Source: a virus
Taxonomy: Duplodnaviria > Caudoviricetes
DNA length: 64,000 bases
IMG/VR virus record: IMGVR_UViG_2799112265_000002
Location: 41,652-105,651 of that record
Direction: 5' to 3' (one strand)
Shown: piece after piece, positions 38,670 to 49,474 of the stretch
Position numbering within the stretch: position 1 is the first letter of the stretch
Layout of the letters: each line of letters opens with the position of its first letter
Program-made: the position numbers and the translations under genes
Notes under the pieces: generated by a model
The model's database searches: none
Seen by the model: the letters and a program-made list of their open reading frames with translations, nothing else
Told to the model about the DNA's origin: nothing

Positions 38670-39845
38670 ATGAGCGCCAAGACGATCACCCGCCCCCAGG
38701 CCCTGGCCCTGCGCAACGCGGACGAGCTGCCGGAAGAGCTGCTGCGCCCCGTGGACGCACTGCGCGGCCTGCGCGTCGTGGACGCCCGCCCCAACACCTG
38801 CGCCGCCCTGGTCCGCCTGGGCCTGGCCGAGGAGATCGAGGGTCAGCACGTACTCACCCGCGCCGGGGAGAACGTCCGGGCCATCACGGAGCTGGACTAC
38901 CTCCCGCGCCTTGACCTGATCGCCGCCATGGTCGCCGCCGAAGCTGAGGAAGCCGCGTTGGCTGCTGAGCAGGAAAAGCACCGCCCGGAGGATGGCACCT
39001 ACTACCCGGCCGAGGAAGGCGCCAAGACCTGGCGCGCGGCCTGCCCGATGTACCGCGACGGGCGCCGCGTCTCCGCCGTGGTGGAGAACGGCGGCCAGGA
39101 CCTTTACGTCTACGTGGGCGGAGAGATCATCTACGACGGCGACATGCCCGCCTTCGTCAAGACCTCCGGCGACGTGATCCCGTTCGTGCGTCAGTACGCG
39201 GAGGGTTGGGCCCTGGCCCGCGAATACCGCACCCTGTGGAGCTACCGTGACCACGCCGGGCGCGTCTGGGGCCCGTACGCCGATGCCGAGTTTGCCCACA
39301 CCGACGGTTCCGCCGAACGGTACTGCCGGGGCATCGTCGACACGACCGGCGCCGGTGAAGTGATCCGCATTGACCGCCGCCCGGAGCACTTCGAGACGAC
39401 CGGCCGCAACTGGACCGACACGCGCACCGTCGTGCACGTGGCTGGCGCCCCGGCCGAGGCCGCGTGGAACGCCGCCTTTGAAAAGGGCCGTGCCCTCGGT
39501 AAGGACTACGCCGCAGCGCACGACTACGCCGACGAGGTCATTCGCAACGCGCGCATTCGCGCCGAGGCCGCCCCCGCGCCCGTCTCGGTCTACGTCACCA
39601 CCGCGGACGCCGAGCGCATCGAATACGCGCACGTCCCCAACGGTGACCCCTCCCGCGTCGCTCACTTCCTGGACGCTGCCCGCGCCGTGCCCACTTACCG
39701 GGACGCCAGCACGGACCAGGTGAGCCGCTGTGAGCGCGTCGAGTGCGAGGAGCGCCCCCGCTTCATCGGGACCGCGTACGGCCGCCCTGAGCGCCTGTGC
39801 AGCTTCCACAGCTACGCCACCCAGGGCCGCCGCCCCATCGCCTAG
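38670..39845 (+). CDS. hypothetical protein
   Basis: GAAGGA RBS before ATG 38670; atypical codon use. Confidence 0.7.
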   Translation: MSAKTITRPQALALRNADELPEELLRPVDALRGLRVVDARPNTCAALVRLGLAEEIEGQHVLTRAGENVRAITELDYLPRLDLIAAMVAAEAEEAALAAEQEKHRPEDGTYYPAEEGAKTWRAACPMYRDGRRVSAVVENGGQDLYVYVGGEIIYDGDMPAFVKTSGDVIPFVRQYAEGWALAREYRTLWSYRDHAGRVWGPYADAEFAHTDGSAERYCRGIVDTTGAGEVIRIDRRPEHFETTGRNWTDTRTVVHVAGAPAEAAWNAAFEKGRALGKDYAAAHDYADEVIRNARIRAEAAPAPVSVYVTTADAERIEYAHVPNGDPSRVAHFLDAARAVPTYRDASTDQVSRCERVECEERPRFIGTAYGRPERLCSFHSYATQGRRPIA

Positions 39846-39907
39846 CCACCCCTCAGCACCACACCCCACACCACCACCAACCCACCCCCAAACCAGGGAG
39901 TTTCGAA

Positions 39908-40654
39908 ATGCGTACTGCCAACATCCCCGCCCTGTCCGTCTCGCCGGTCGCCTCCGTCGTCGAGGGGGCCCGTCGGTTCGCCGCCCGTAACGGCCTGCCG
40001 ACCCGTGACCACTGGGACTACTCCCGCGTAGTGGTGACCCCGGACGCCGTCGCCAAGATCGGCGCGGCTTACATGGAACTGCCGTTCATCGACAACGGCG
40101 CCCCGGCCGCCTGGAAGGCCATGCGCGAAGAGGTGATGCGACAGCTTGAGTTCGTCACCGCCCCCGCGTCGCGCGGCGGTCTCGGCATCACGGTGAGCGT
40201 TGAGGACGCCGACCCGTACGACGTCACCCAGCCGGGCGGCACCCGCGCTTTCTTCGATGACGTCGCCAACGGCCGCATGCGCGTTCTGTCCACCGCCGTC
40301 ACCGGCTCGCACTTCTTCTTCAGTGACGACGAAAACGACGCCTTCCGCGCGGTGCACGACATCTTCGGCCACTGCGGCACCGGGCGCGGTGTCGACCGCC
40401 ACGGGGAAGAGGCCGCGTACCGCAAGCACGCGCTTATGTTCTCGCCCCTCGCCCGTAAGGCGCTGGCCACCGAAACCCGTGGACAGAATCACGCGATGAT
40501 CGCCAACGGCGGTGAATTCCAGGCGCAGAAGGTCGCCATCCTGCCGAAGTGGGCGCGCGACTTCGAAGCGGTCCGCCCGGCGTCCATGGCCGACTACCGC
40601 GCCGCCCTGAAGCAGGCCGCCAAGATGCACGCCTCCCAGGGCCTCGCCGGCTGA
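39908..40654 (+). CDS. conserved phage domain protein (FRAVHD.FGH / ETRGQN)
   Basis: NDAFRAVHDIFGH...GEEAAY..H..MFSP.AR.A...ETRGQN. Confidence 0.7.
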   Translation: MRTANIPALSVSPVASVVEGARRFAARNGLPTRDHWDYSRVVVTPDAVAKIGAAYMELPFIDNGAPAAWKAMREEVMRQLEFVTAPASRGGLGITVSVEDADPYDVTQPGGTRAFFDDVANGRMRVLSTAVTGSHFFFSDDENDAFRAVHDIFGHCGTGRGVDRHGEEAAYRKHALMFSPLARKALATETRGQNHAMIANGGEFQAQKVAILPKWARDFEAVRPASMADYRAALKQAAKMHASQGLAG

Positions 40655-40747
40655 GACGCCGTCAGACACACCCCCCACGGGCCCGGGGGAGCGACCCCCG
40701 GGCCCTACACCACCCAACCAACCGCCCCACGCCAGGGAGCCCCGTTC

Positions 40748-41383
40748 ATGATCCCCTGCAAGCCTTCCGACTCCACCCGTCGCCGCTACGTCGCCAACAT
40801 CGTTTCCGTGTTCAACCGCGCCACCGATGACCAAAAGCAGCGCGGCGCCAATTGGTATGTCACCGCTCACGAACTCGCCGAATTCCTCTCCGAGGGAAAC
40901 ACGCGCGCGGGAGCGGGAGTGATCGCCGCACTGAGCGCCAATAAGGCATGGGACATAAACCAGCGCCTTGCCCGCGACGCATTCGCCGGTAACCCCCACG
41001 GCCACACCGGGGACAACCTGGCCAAGGTCGCAAAGATCCTGTCCGGCACCGACCCGGCGGAGGTCCTGCCGATGGATGCCAAGACCGGGAATTTTTACCG
41101 CTGCATTCTCGACCCGTCCGACGCCGAAGCCGTCTGCATCGACCGCCACGCGCACGATGTCGCCGTGGGCAGCCCCTGGGGTGACCGTGACCGGGGACTG
41201 GGCAGCAAGGGCCGTTACGCCGTTCTGTCGCTCGCCTACCGCAACGCAGCCGCCCGGCTGGAGGTGCTGCCGTCCGTCGTCCAGGCCACGACGTGGGTTG
41301 TCTGGACTGAGTCTCTCGCCGGAGTGAAGCGGCGCCCGGTGGTGGAGCGCTACGCCCACCAGACCGACGACCGCGACGCCTGA
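40748..41383 (+). CDS. HhH-glycosylase-fold (DUF7178-like) protein
   Basis: WY...AGVIAALS...KTGNFY..I...IDRHA...Y...AY...VQATTW. Confidence 0.65.
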   Translation: MIPCKPSDSTRRRYVANIVSVFNRATDDQKQRGANWYVTAHELAEFLSEGNTRAGAGVIAALSANKAWDINQRLARDAFAGNPHGHTGDNLAKVAKILSGTDPAEVLPMDAKTGNFYRCILDPSDAEAVCIDRHAHDVAVGSPWGDRDRGLGSKGRYAVLSLAYRNAAARLEVLPSVVQATTWVVWTESLAGVKRRPVVERYAHQTDDRDA

Positions 41384-42140
41384 CCGACCCCCACCCAACG
41401 ACAGGAGACACAGACCATGATCCGCACCGCCCGCGCCACCGTCCGCGCCTACCGCGCCCAGCGCGCCCGCTTCGCCGACCCGGCGCGCGTCAGCACCGGC
41501 CGCGCTGGCGCCGCGTTCCTCCGGACGTCCGGCCGCTAGACACAGCAGCCCCACGAACGCCCCTCGCCGCCCTTCTCCGGGCCGGTGGGGGGCTTTCTGC
41601 TGTCCTGGTTCAGTGAGGGGTAAGACGGACCCAGAGAGGCCCGCTGGTGGCTTCCCAGGGCCGCCCCGCCTCCACGGCCGCCCGTCCCTCCGTGGTCATG
41701 CGCGCGTCTAGCTCCCCACACGACCGCTTGAGCACCGCCCCCCGCCACGCTGGCGACAGGTGGGCCAGGGAGCGGCGGCAGGAGGAGCGCAGCGCGCCTA
41801 GAGCCCCGTCCACATCCCCTAGGTCACTGCTGTAAGCCAGCCCGGCCCAGTCCGACCCCCACGACATCGCGAGCCCCATACGGCCACCCTGCGCCCCCTC
41901 GTCCAGGGCCGCCAATTCGGGGCCAGGGGGAGCGCACCACCGCGGCCGCACAAGAGGCGTACGTCATCCCCCACGCCAGTACGTCAACGGCTTAACGTAC
42001 GGCCGCCCGTGGTCCAGGTCGCCGACGACGTCCACGCAATCCGGGGCCAGGGGAAGGCTCCCCCACTGCTGACCACTCCCAGGGACACAGCACCACCACA
42101 CACACGGCCATGCGGTCGCCAGTCAAAGCCGCGTAACTCG

Positions 42141-42477
42141 CCATTTGCTGAGTTGCTACAGCGTGTTTGCTCACCCTGGTATCTCGGGGCCTATTTGCAG
42201 CTTTGCAATTCCCCGAATCTCGGCAGTGGCCTGTTTGCATTTTGTCGATTTAGGGGGCTGATATTTGCAGCGCTCGGGGGTTGACAGGCCGGCGACGACG
42301 TGCTTAGCGGCCATGTGTGGCGCAGCTCACGCCCTGGGGAAGGGTGCAGATACCGCACGGAAGCGCGAGGCTTGGAATTCGTCGGCTCAGGGGGTTGACA
42401 AGCCGGCTGTCAATATGATCCAAGGAATTTGCAGAATTTGCCCCCCCTACCCTTAAGCAAACATTTGCGAAAGCAAA
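42141..42477. repeat. AT-richer non-coding region with TTTGC repeats
   Basis: TTTGC at 42144, 42166, 42194, 42202, 42234, 42264, 42428, 42437, 42464; GGGGTTGACA twice. Confidence 0.7.
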
Positions 42478-43103
42478 GGGCCTAGACAGCCGCGCAGCGC
42501 GACGAGTTGCAGATGGGGACAGTGACACAGTGGCGGGAACTCGGGGATTTGGGGGTTATCAAGCGGCTGTCACTGAAGACTACGCTGGCTGGTCCGCGAG
42601 CGGGAGCAGGTGAGGGCGTGTCGAAGGCAGTGCACTTCGGGGAAGAGGCCGGCGCACCAGACAGCATCTGGGGGACGTACTGGTTCCGGCGGTCGCTCGC
42701 GCCCAGGTTGCGGGAGACGGGGGACAGGGACCTCGAACACCTGGCGTCGTGGCTGGAGCGAGACGGGGAATTGGGTGAGCGAGCGGACGGGAACTTCCTG
42801 GTTCCTGAACTGCTGTGGCCGGCTGACCCGGATGACGAGGAGTACGCGGAGTGGTCGGCCGGCCGGGACCGGCTGGCGCGCATCGCTGATGCAGTCGAGC
42901 GACTGGTCGGAGATGCAGAACTGGACGACCCTCGGATGGTCGAGCTGGTCGACGGGCTGAAGTGGTCTGCGGAGCGGTGCACCAGTCCGTGGATTGGGTG
43001 GTAGCGCTAGGTCGCCGAGGTCGAGGCCGGCGAGCTGACCAGGGAGGTTGTGCAACTGAGTGACTACCGATAACGTCGGTGATCCAATGAGAGGGGGCCG
43101 TCG

Positions 43104-43649
43104 ATGGTGGTGGGACCGCAGATTACAGCCGAAGAGGCGGAGGCAGACCTGCGCGCTGCGGGGTACGAGCCGCTGGAGCCGTACCCGATGCACGTCCGGG
43201 AGTTGTGGAAGGTGCGCTGCTCGACCTGCGGGTACGAGTGGACGCTCAACCTGAACAAGGTGCGGACGGGGCAGCGTTGCAACCACGTGCGGACGACGCC
43301 GAAGGCTGCCGTCGAGGAGCTGCTGGCCCTGGGTTTCGAGCCTTTGGAGGAGTACCCGGGCAGGCGTGATACGCCGTGGCTGATGCGCTGCGTCGAGTGC
43401 AAGAAGCCGCGACGTGTCCGGCTGGCGAACGTGAAGGGCCGGGGCCCCTGCTCGTGTGTGGAGAAGCGCAAGCAGGCGGAGGCGGAGCTGCGCGCGGCCG
43501 GCTATGAGCCGCTGGACCCGTTCCCGGGGATGGTCCGTAAGCCGTGGCGCTCGCGGTGCGTCGAGTGCGGGTCGGAGCGCCGGCCGAGCATCGACACCCT
43601 GCGGCAGGGGCGCGGGCGCTGCAAGCACATGGACAGCCGGCTGCGGTAG
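43104..43649 (+). CDS. three-repeat zinc-ribbon protein
   Basis: Three copies of L...G(Y/F)EPL(E/D).(Y/F)P...W..RC..C. Confidence 0.75.
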   Translation: MVVGPQITAEEAEADLRAAGYEPLEPYPMHVRELWKVRCSTCGYEWTLNLNKVRTGQRCNHVRTTPKAAVEELLALGFEPLEEYPGRRDTPWLMRCVECKKPRRVRLANVKGRGPCSCVEKRKQAEAELRAAGYEPLDPFPGMVRKPWRSRCVECGSERRPSIDTLRQGRGRCKHMDSRLR

Positions 43650-43885
43650 TTCGGGGGCTACGTGCGGGGTTCGAGGAAGACGCCGTAGGGACGCTCCTCG
43701 TATATGGACTTGCCGTACCTGCGGAGCGTGCCGTGCACGACGACGTCGTAGCCCATGCGGCGGGCGGTCGCCACGTACTTACGGGACTCGCGGACGGCGT
43801 CGGCCTTGGTGCCACGCCACAACAAAGCGTCGGACAGGTTGCGCATGGTTCGTACAGTAAGCGGAGCCGGTGGTTCCGGGCAACG

Positions 43886-43946
43886 AAAGCGGTTCGCGTG
43901 AATCGCTAGACAACAGGGGTACGAACCCGTAGTGTTAACGCGTAAT
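43886..43946 (+). promoter_or_regulatory. boxed promoter
   Basis: AAAGCGGTT 43886, TAGACA 43907, TAGTGT 43930, ACGCGTAAT 43938. Confidence 0.65.
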
Positions 43947-44660
43947 TGAGAACGGCGTAGGAGGAGTTGTGGCGAAGTACGTGGTGTTCCTGCACGGTCA
44001 CGCCAGCGCGCGGGTCGAGGTCGAGGCCGGCGACTTGCAGGAGGCGAACCGCAAGGCGGTCGAGGTCGCCCCCAGGACGAAGTACGTCAGGAGCTGGACG
44101 CCGGTCATGGGCAGCAAGATCGAGGGGGGAAAGTGAGCGAGCAGGTCGACTACCGCGAGATCGAGGACAAGGTGCTGCGCCGGGCGTGGAAGGCGCGCAC
44201 GTTCCGCGACTACTACGGCGCGGTCGGGGCGGAGGCCCGGCGGTTCCCGCCGCGGACGTTGGACGTGTCGGTGACCGGCCGGATGGTGGTGACGCCCCCG
44301 CCGCTGCGTACGGTGCCGCGCGAGGACGGCAAGAAGACGCTGGCCGACCTGGTCGAGCTGTTGATCGAGAAGGGACAGGCGAAGTGACGGATTCGGGGCA
44401 GGCGCGGAGCGCCGTACACCTGGGTGAGGGTGCGTACAAGACGCTGACGCTGCTGGAGACGACCGGGCCGGCGCCGCTGACGGCCACGCACAAGCGGAGC
44501 ATGACGCTGCTGGCGTGGCTGGTCGAGCAGGAGCTGGTCGGGCTCCGCGGTCAGCTCATGGACCTGACGGACAAGGGTCGCGAGGCTTTGGGGCAGGCGC
44601 GGAGCGCCGAGTAGGCCCACCGGCCCAATTTCGAGCATTTAACTACGGCGGGGAGGATTT

Positions 44661-45168
44661 GATGATGGCTGAAGAGATGACGACGAACCGGGCCGAGGCG
44701 ATCGAGCGGGCGAAGAAGCACCCGGCCGGCATGTTCGTCAACGTGCACCGACGGGTGCTTCAGGCGATGGAGATGCTGGGGCTGGCGGAGCTGGCGGCCG
44801 ACGGGGAGTTCTACCTGACCGACAAGGGGCGGGGCGAGAGCAAGCCGGAGGAGTCGAAGGTCGAGGAGCCGGCCGAGAACGCCACGGTCCGGATGCTGAA
44901 GGAGGAGTTCGACGCCATCTCCGACAACACTCCGGTCGGTATGGAGCGCGTCAACGCCACCGTCAGGGGGATGCTCCGCCAGAAGTACGCGGAAGGTGCG
45001 GCCTGGGCGATCCAGGAGCTGCGTGCCAGCGCCGCCGCGGCGCAGCGGTCCTACGAGAGCACGCAGGAGAAGGACTACAAGCGCATGGAGGAGACGCTGC
45101 GCACGGCTGCGAACGTGCTGGCGATGGACCTTCGTAAGCGCCTGATCGACGACAGGGAAGAGGTCTGA
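44661..45168 (+). CDS. hypothetical protein
   Basis: GGAGG RBS; start approximate. Confidence 0.6.
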
Positions 45169-45370
45169 GATGCGTATCGGTACGCGAATCGGGCCGGTCG
45201 GTGTGGGGTTCAGTACTCGGCGGAGGCGTAGGAGGAAGGGGACCGGGCCGCTGGGCACCGTGGTCTTCCTGCTCATGGTCGGGTACCTGATCTATTGGAA
45301 CCACTGACGTACGCCCGCGGAGGGCCCCTGCCTGGGAGACCGGGTGGGGGCCCTTTGTGTTACGCGTTTT

Positions 45371-45420
45371 AAAGTGGTCTGTCGAAACCGCTTGACGGTA
45401 CCTAGTTGCTCGGATAGATT
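45371..45420 (+). promoter_or_regulatory. boxed promoter
   Basis: AAAGTGGTC 45371, TTGACG 45392, TAGATT 45415. Confidence 0.7.
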
Positions 45421-46068
45421 CCTCTTACTGCTTCGGAAGACGTAAGTACGAAGCCGTAACAGGAAGCGTGAGGGGTTCGTGTGAGCCAGCAGCAGAAGGC
45501 ACCGCTCCCGGTCGGAGCGCGCATCGCCTACATGCCGGACGGGTACAGCCTGGTGCCGGCCGTCGTGGTCGCGATCGAGCGGACCAACTCCGGGAGCTGG
45601 CGCGGGGACATCCGCACGCAGGACGGCCTGCTGGAGAACCGCTCGCTGAACCCGGAGTACTTCATCCGGCAGCAGCACCTCCAGCAGGTGAACCGGACGG
45701 CCTGGGCGAACATCTGGGACGAGCTGGCGGCGGAGGGCAAGTGATGCACGAGAACCCCACGGATGCCTGGGCGCACCAGGAAGGCCCGCTCGAACTGGGT
45801 GAGCTGGGTGCCGGCATCGGTATCGACCCGAGCCTGTGCGGAGACGGCTTCCCCCGCGAGGAGTGCCCCAACGGCGCCAAGTGCGCCGACAAGGGCTAGC
45901 TCAGTCTCCGGTCCGGTCCGTCGACAGCGAAGGAGTCGGCGGGCCGGGCCGGTCCTACCACCTGGAGATTGGCGTGAGACGCCTTAATACCTAGTCCGGG
46001 TATTCGGGTGCCCGGCGGGCGGCGTCCCACCGGGCACCTGTCCCACCACCGAGAGGTGCAACTCTCCG

Positions 46069-46776
46069 ATGGGACTCCTCAACCCTATCCAGAGCTGGCG
46101 CGCAAGACGCGCGAGCAAGCCTGAGACAGAGCCTGTCTCACCCCCTTCTCGCCCGCTGGGCGGCCTGCACGCGACCGGTCTGGTCATCGGGTTCTCCACG
46201 ATCCTGGTGGCGCTGGCGTTCGTGGCGCTGGTCGGTATGCGGGTGAGCTGGGTGCCCCTCCGAGACACCGCGGACGGCATCGGCCTGCACGAGGTCAGGG
46301 AGTTCTACCCCCTGGTCATCGACGGGCTGGACGGTCTGGCGGTGGTGGCCTCCCTCGCGCTGGTCGGCTCCCCGGGATACCGGTGGGCGATCGGCACGGT
46401 GGTCGGGCTCACCGCTATCTCACTCGTGCTCAACGTTGCTCACGGCTCCGCGTACGCGGGTGTGACCGGGCAGTCGGACGCCACGACGTGGGGACACGTG
46501 ATCCTCGCGTCGGCCGCGCCGACCGTCTGTATCGCCCTCGGCACGCACCTGGCCGCACTCACCTTCCACCGGCTGGCGGGAGTGCTGGGACAGCGACGAG
46601 ACAGCGTTGAGACACGGGAGCCGGAGGAGCCGAGGAAGCTGCTCACCACGGCGGAGGTGGCGGACCGGCTGGGCATCAGCCGGAGCACGGTCGGCACCCG
46701 CGTCGACCGTGGGCAGCTCACGCCGGTCGTGAAGGATCCCAAGCTGGGCAACCTCTTCGACCCGGCGTCTCTGTGA
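46069..46776 (+). CDS. DUF2637-like membrane protein with C-terminal HTH
   Basis: SW..LRD.A...YPLVIDGL...SLVLNVAH, four hydrophobic helices, LLTTAEVADRLGISRSTV. Confidence 0.7.
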   Translation: MGLLNPIQSWRARRASKPETEPVSPPSRPLGGLHATGLVIGFSTILVALAFVALVGMRVSWVPLRDTADGIGLHEVREFYPLVIDGLDGLAVVASLALVGSPGYRWAIGTVVGLTAISLVLNVAHGSAYAGVTGQSDATTWGHVILASAAPTVCIALGTHLAALTFHRLAGVLGQRRDSVETREPEEPRKLLTTAEVADRLGISRSTVGTRVDRGQLTPVVKDPKLGNLFDPASL

Positions 46777-47383
46777 CATCCCGACGGGGCTCGGCATGAG
46801 TCGGGCCCCGTCTCAACCCTGGAGGAACTGTGTCTCACACCTGGGAGATCGAGATCCCGACCCCGCTGATCCAGGTCGTCGCGAGCGAGCACTGGAAGAG
46901 CGGTGCCGTCCGTGGGTACGGCGGCTACAACGAGTTCGAGGTCGTCATCTCCATCGGCGACGTGGAACTGGTTCGCCGGACCGGCGACGACAACGAGCCG
47001 GACGACTGGGGCCACTACCTGTCCCTGGACGAGCTGCGCGAGCGGACCGTCAAGGAGTTCGGCGAGCGCCTGAAGGAGGTGCTGGGCCTGTGAGCCTGGA
47101 ATCGCTGCTGGCCTACATGGGGATCGACACCGACCTCATCATCATCGACGAGATCAACGACCTGGAGTCCTTCGAGGGCCCCGAGTTCGACTGCTCCTGA
47201 GAGGAACACCATGACCGACCTGAACGAGCCCAAGCACGCCGCGGAGCCGGAGAAGCCCTTCAAGCAGGTGCTGCGCGAGTCCGCGGTACGCACGCTGATC
47301 GAGGGCGCTGCGTGGGCCGTCGGCTTTGCCGTCGTCTACCTGATCCTGTTCTCCTTCACCCACTGACCCGAGGAGCACCCACC

Positions 47384-47836
47384 ATGTCGCTTAATACCGT
47401 GACGGCCCCGGCGGCCGTCGAGATCACCCTGGACGAGGCGAAGTCCCTCCTGGCCCGTGCGGTCGAGGAGCGTGGCGCCGGCTACACGTACCAGATGCTC
47501 ACGATCGACGAGCAGTCCCTGTGTGCGTACTTCGACCCGAAGACGAAGGCGCCGTCCTGCATCGTCGGCCAGGTGCTGGCCTACAAGGGCGTCACCTACG
47601 ACGACCTGGCGGGCCAGGAGGTCAACACCTACGCCAACATCGAGGCCCTGAACGACCAGGGCGTGGTGAAGGTCGACAACGACACCCAGGCGCTGCTGGA
47701 GATCGCGCAGTCCGAGCAGGACGCCGGCATGCCGTGGGGGCGGGCCGTCGAGGAGGCGCTGGCGACGTACGAGGGGCGTGCGCAGGCCTACGAGGAAGAC
47801 GGCTACGACGACCCGTCGCTGGCCTACTGGTTCTGA
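47384..47836 (+). CDS. hypothetical protein
   Basis: GAGGAG RBS; C.Y...PSCIVG. Confidence 0.7.
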   Translation: MSLNTVTAPAAVEITLDEAKSLLARAVEERGAGYTYQMLTIDEQSLCAYFDPKTKAPSCIVGQVLAYKGVTYDDLAGQEVNTYANIEALNDQGVVKVDNDTQALLEIAQSEQDAGMPWGRAVEEALATYEGRAQAYEEDGYDDPSLAYWF

Positions 47837-48489
47837 TGGCGACGCCGAACATCCTGCTGAGCGGGGTCGTGGGCAGCACTGCCTTCGGCCTTGCTCGGCC
47901 CGGCTCGGACATCGACCGGCTGGGCATCTTCGTCCGTCCGACTCCGGAGTTCTTCCGCATCGGCGCCGTCCACAAGGACTCGCTGGTCTCGAAGGATCCG
48001 GACGTCACGCTGCACGAGGTCGGCAAGTACGTGAACCTCGCGCTGAAGTGCAACCCGACGATCATGGACCTGCTCTACCTGGAGTCCTACGAGGAGCAGT
48101 CGTGGGAGGGGGAGTGGCTGGTCGACATCCGCGAGGACTTCCTCTCTGAGCCCTATGTGCGCTCGGCGTACGGCGGGTACGCCATGGGGCAGATCAAGCG
48201 GATCAAGCAGGAGCTGGCCAACGAGGCCAGGCAGAAGCGGGTGGCCAAGCACGCCCGGCACTGCTTCCGGCTGCTGCGCCAGGGCCAGCAACTGCTGGAG
48301 TACGGCACGCTCACGGTCCGCGTGCCGGACCCCGACTTCTACTGGGCGTTCGACGAGATGTCGGCCGACCAGATCGAGAAGGAGTTCTGGAAGGCGTTCG
48401 ACACCTTCAACGACCGGCTCGGCATCCTGCCGGCGCAGCCGAGGACCGACCGCCTCCAGGACTTCATCAACTACGTGCGGAGGATTTGA
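47836..48489 (+). CDS. RlaP/YcgL-like nucleotidyltransferase
   Basis: VVGSTAFGLARPGSDIDRLGIF...CNPTIMDLL...HCFRLL. Confidence 0.85.
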   Translation: MATPNILLSGVVGSTAFGLARPGSDIDRLGIFVRPTPEFFRIGAVHKDSLVSKDPDVTLHEVGKYVNLALKCNPTIMDLLYLESYEEQSWEGEWLVDIREDFLSEPYVRSAYGGYAMGQIKRIKQELANEARQKRVAKHARHCFRLLRQGQQLLEYGTLTVRVPDPDFYWAFDEMSADQIEKEFWKAFDTFNDRLGILPAQPRTDRLQDFINYVRRI

Positions 48490-48608
48490 GTGAAGTGGCT
48501 TCGGGACGTCCCTGACGGCGTCTGGATCGCGGCCCTGCTGGTGGACGCAGCGGCGGCCGTCTACGTCGGGCACGCCCTTCTGGTGGCGTCTGGACACTGA
48601 CCTGACCT

Positions 48609-48642
48609 GCGAAGACCCCCTGCTGCGGCGGGGGGTCTTCGC
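48609..48642 (+). terminator. stem-loop terminator
   Basis: GCGAAGACCCCC...GGGGGTCTTCGC. Confidence 0.7.
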
Positions 48643-48799
48643 ATGCCCGCACAACCCCACGAGAGTGTGACGCAGGCCATACAGGTTCCGTTGAACGCGT
48701 TTCTGATTACGCCTTTCCATTACGCGTTTCTCGTTATAGGTTTCTCTGTGTCGGGGCCACTCCAGGACCACCGAGAACCGCAGCAACGAGGAGCACCGA

Positions 48800-49210
48800 A
48801 TGACCGCCATCACCGACGAGCAGCGCCGCCTCTACATCCGCGAGTTCCTGAACAACCAGGGCCACCACGGGCTCGGCGCGGTGCTGGCGGAGATCACCGA
48901 CGGGGACGAGAGCGACACCTACCTGGACTTCGGGGCCTCCCTCCAGATCCAGGACTGCTCCCGCAGCGTGACGCTCGACTTCGGTGTCTACGGCGGGACT
49001 ACCTCGCAGGACGATCGCGACCAGCTCCGCAAGGACCTGGAGAACGCCCGCGCCAAGGCCGACCGGCTCAAGGGCGCCGTCCTCCTCTTCGTCCAGAAGC
49101 TGGACGAGGCGCTGAGCGACGTCGAGCAGGACCTCAACAAGCGCGACCGGCGGGCCGCGAAGAAGAACAAGCACAAGCGCAAGGCCAAGAAGGCCGCGAA
49201 GAAGGGCTGA
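48800..49210 (+). CDS. hypothetical protein
   Basis: GAGGAG RBS; FLN...H...L.I.DCSRSV.LDF. Confidence 0.7.
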   Translation: MTAITDEQRRLYIREFLNNQGHHGLGAVLAEITDGDESDTYLDFGASLQIQDCSRSVTLDFGVYGGTTSQDDRDQLRKDLENARAKADRLKGAVLLFVQKLDEALSDVEQDLNKRDRRAAKKNKHKRKAKKAAKKG

Positions 49211-49474
49211 ACATGACCGCGAAGCAGGACGACCGCCCCACCATGAACCTCGGCCACCTGGCCATCCCCCACGAGAGTGCGAGCCAGGACTGGCTCCGGC
49301 GCCAGGGAGAGAAGCGCCGCGCGGCCGTAGAGATCGTCGCCGCGGAGTCCAAGAAGTGGTGGGCCGTGCACGCCCTCCCGGACTCCTTCTACGAGCAGTT
49401 CGCCGAGCGCATCGTCACGGCCCTCGACCAGCGTCTCTGACACACCCCACAACCACACACCGAGGAGAGCGCAC

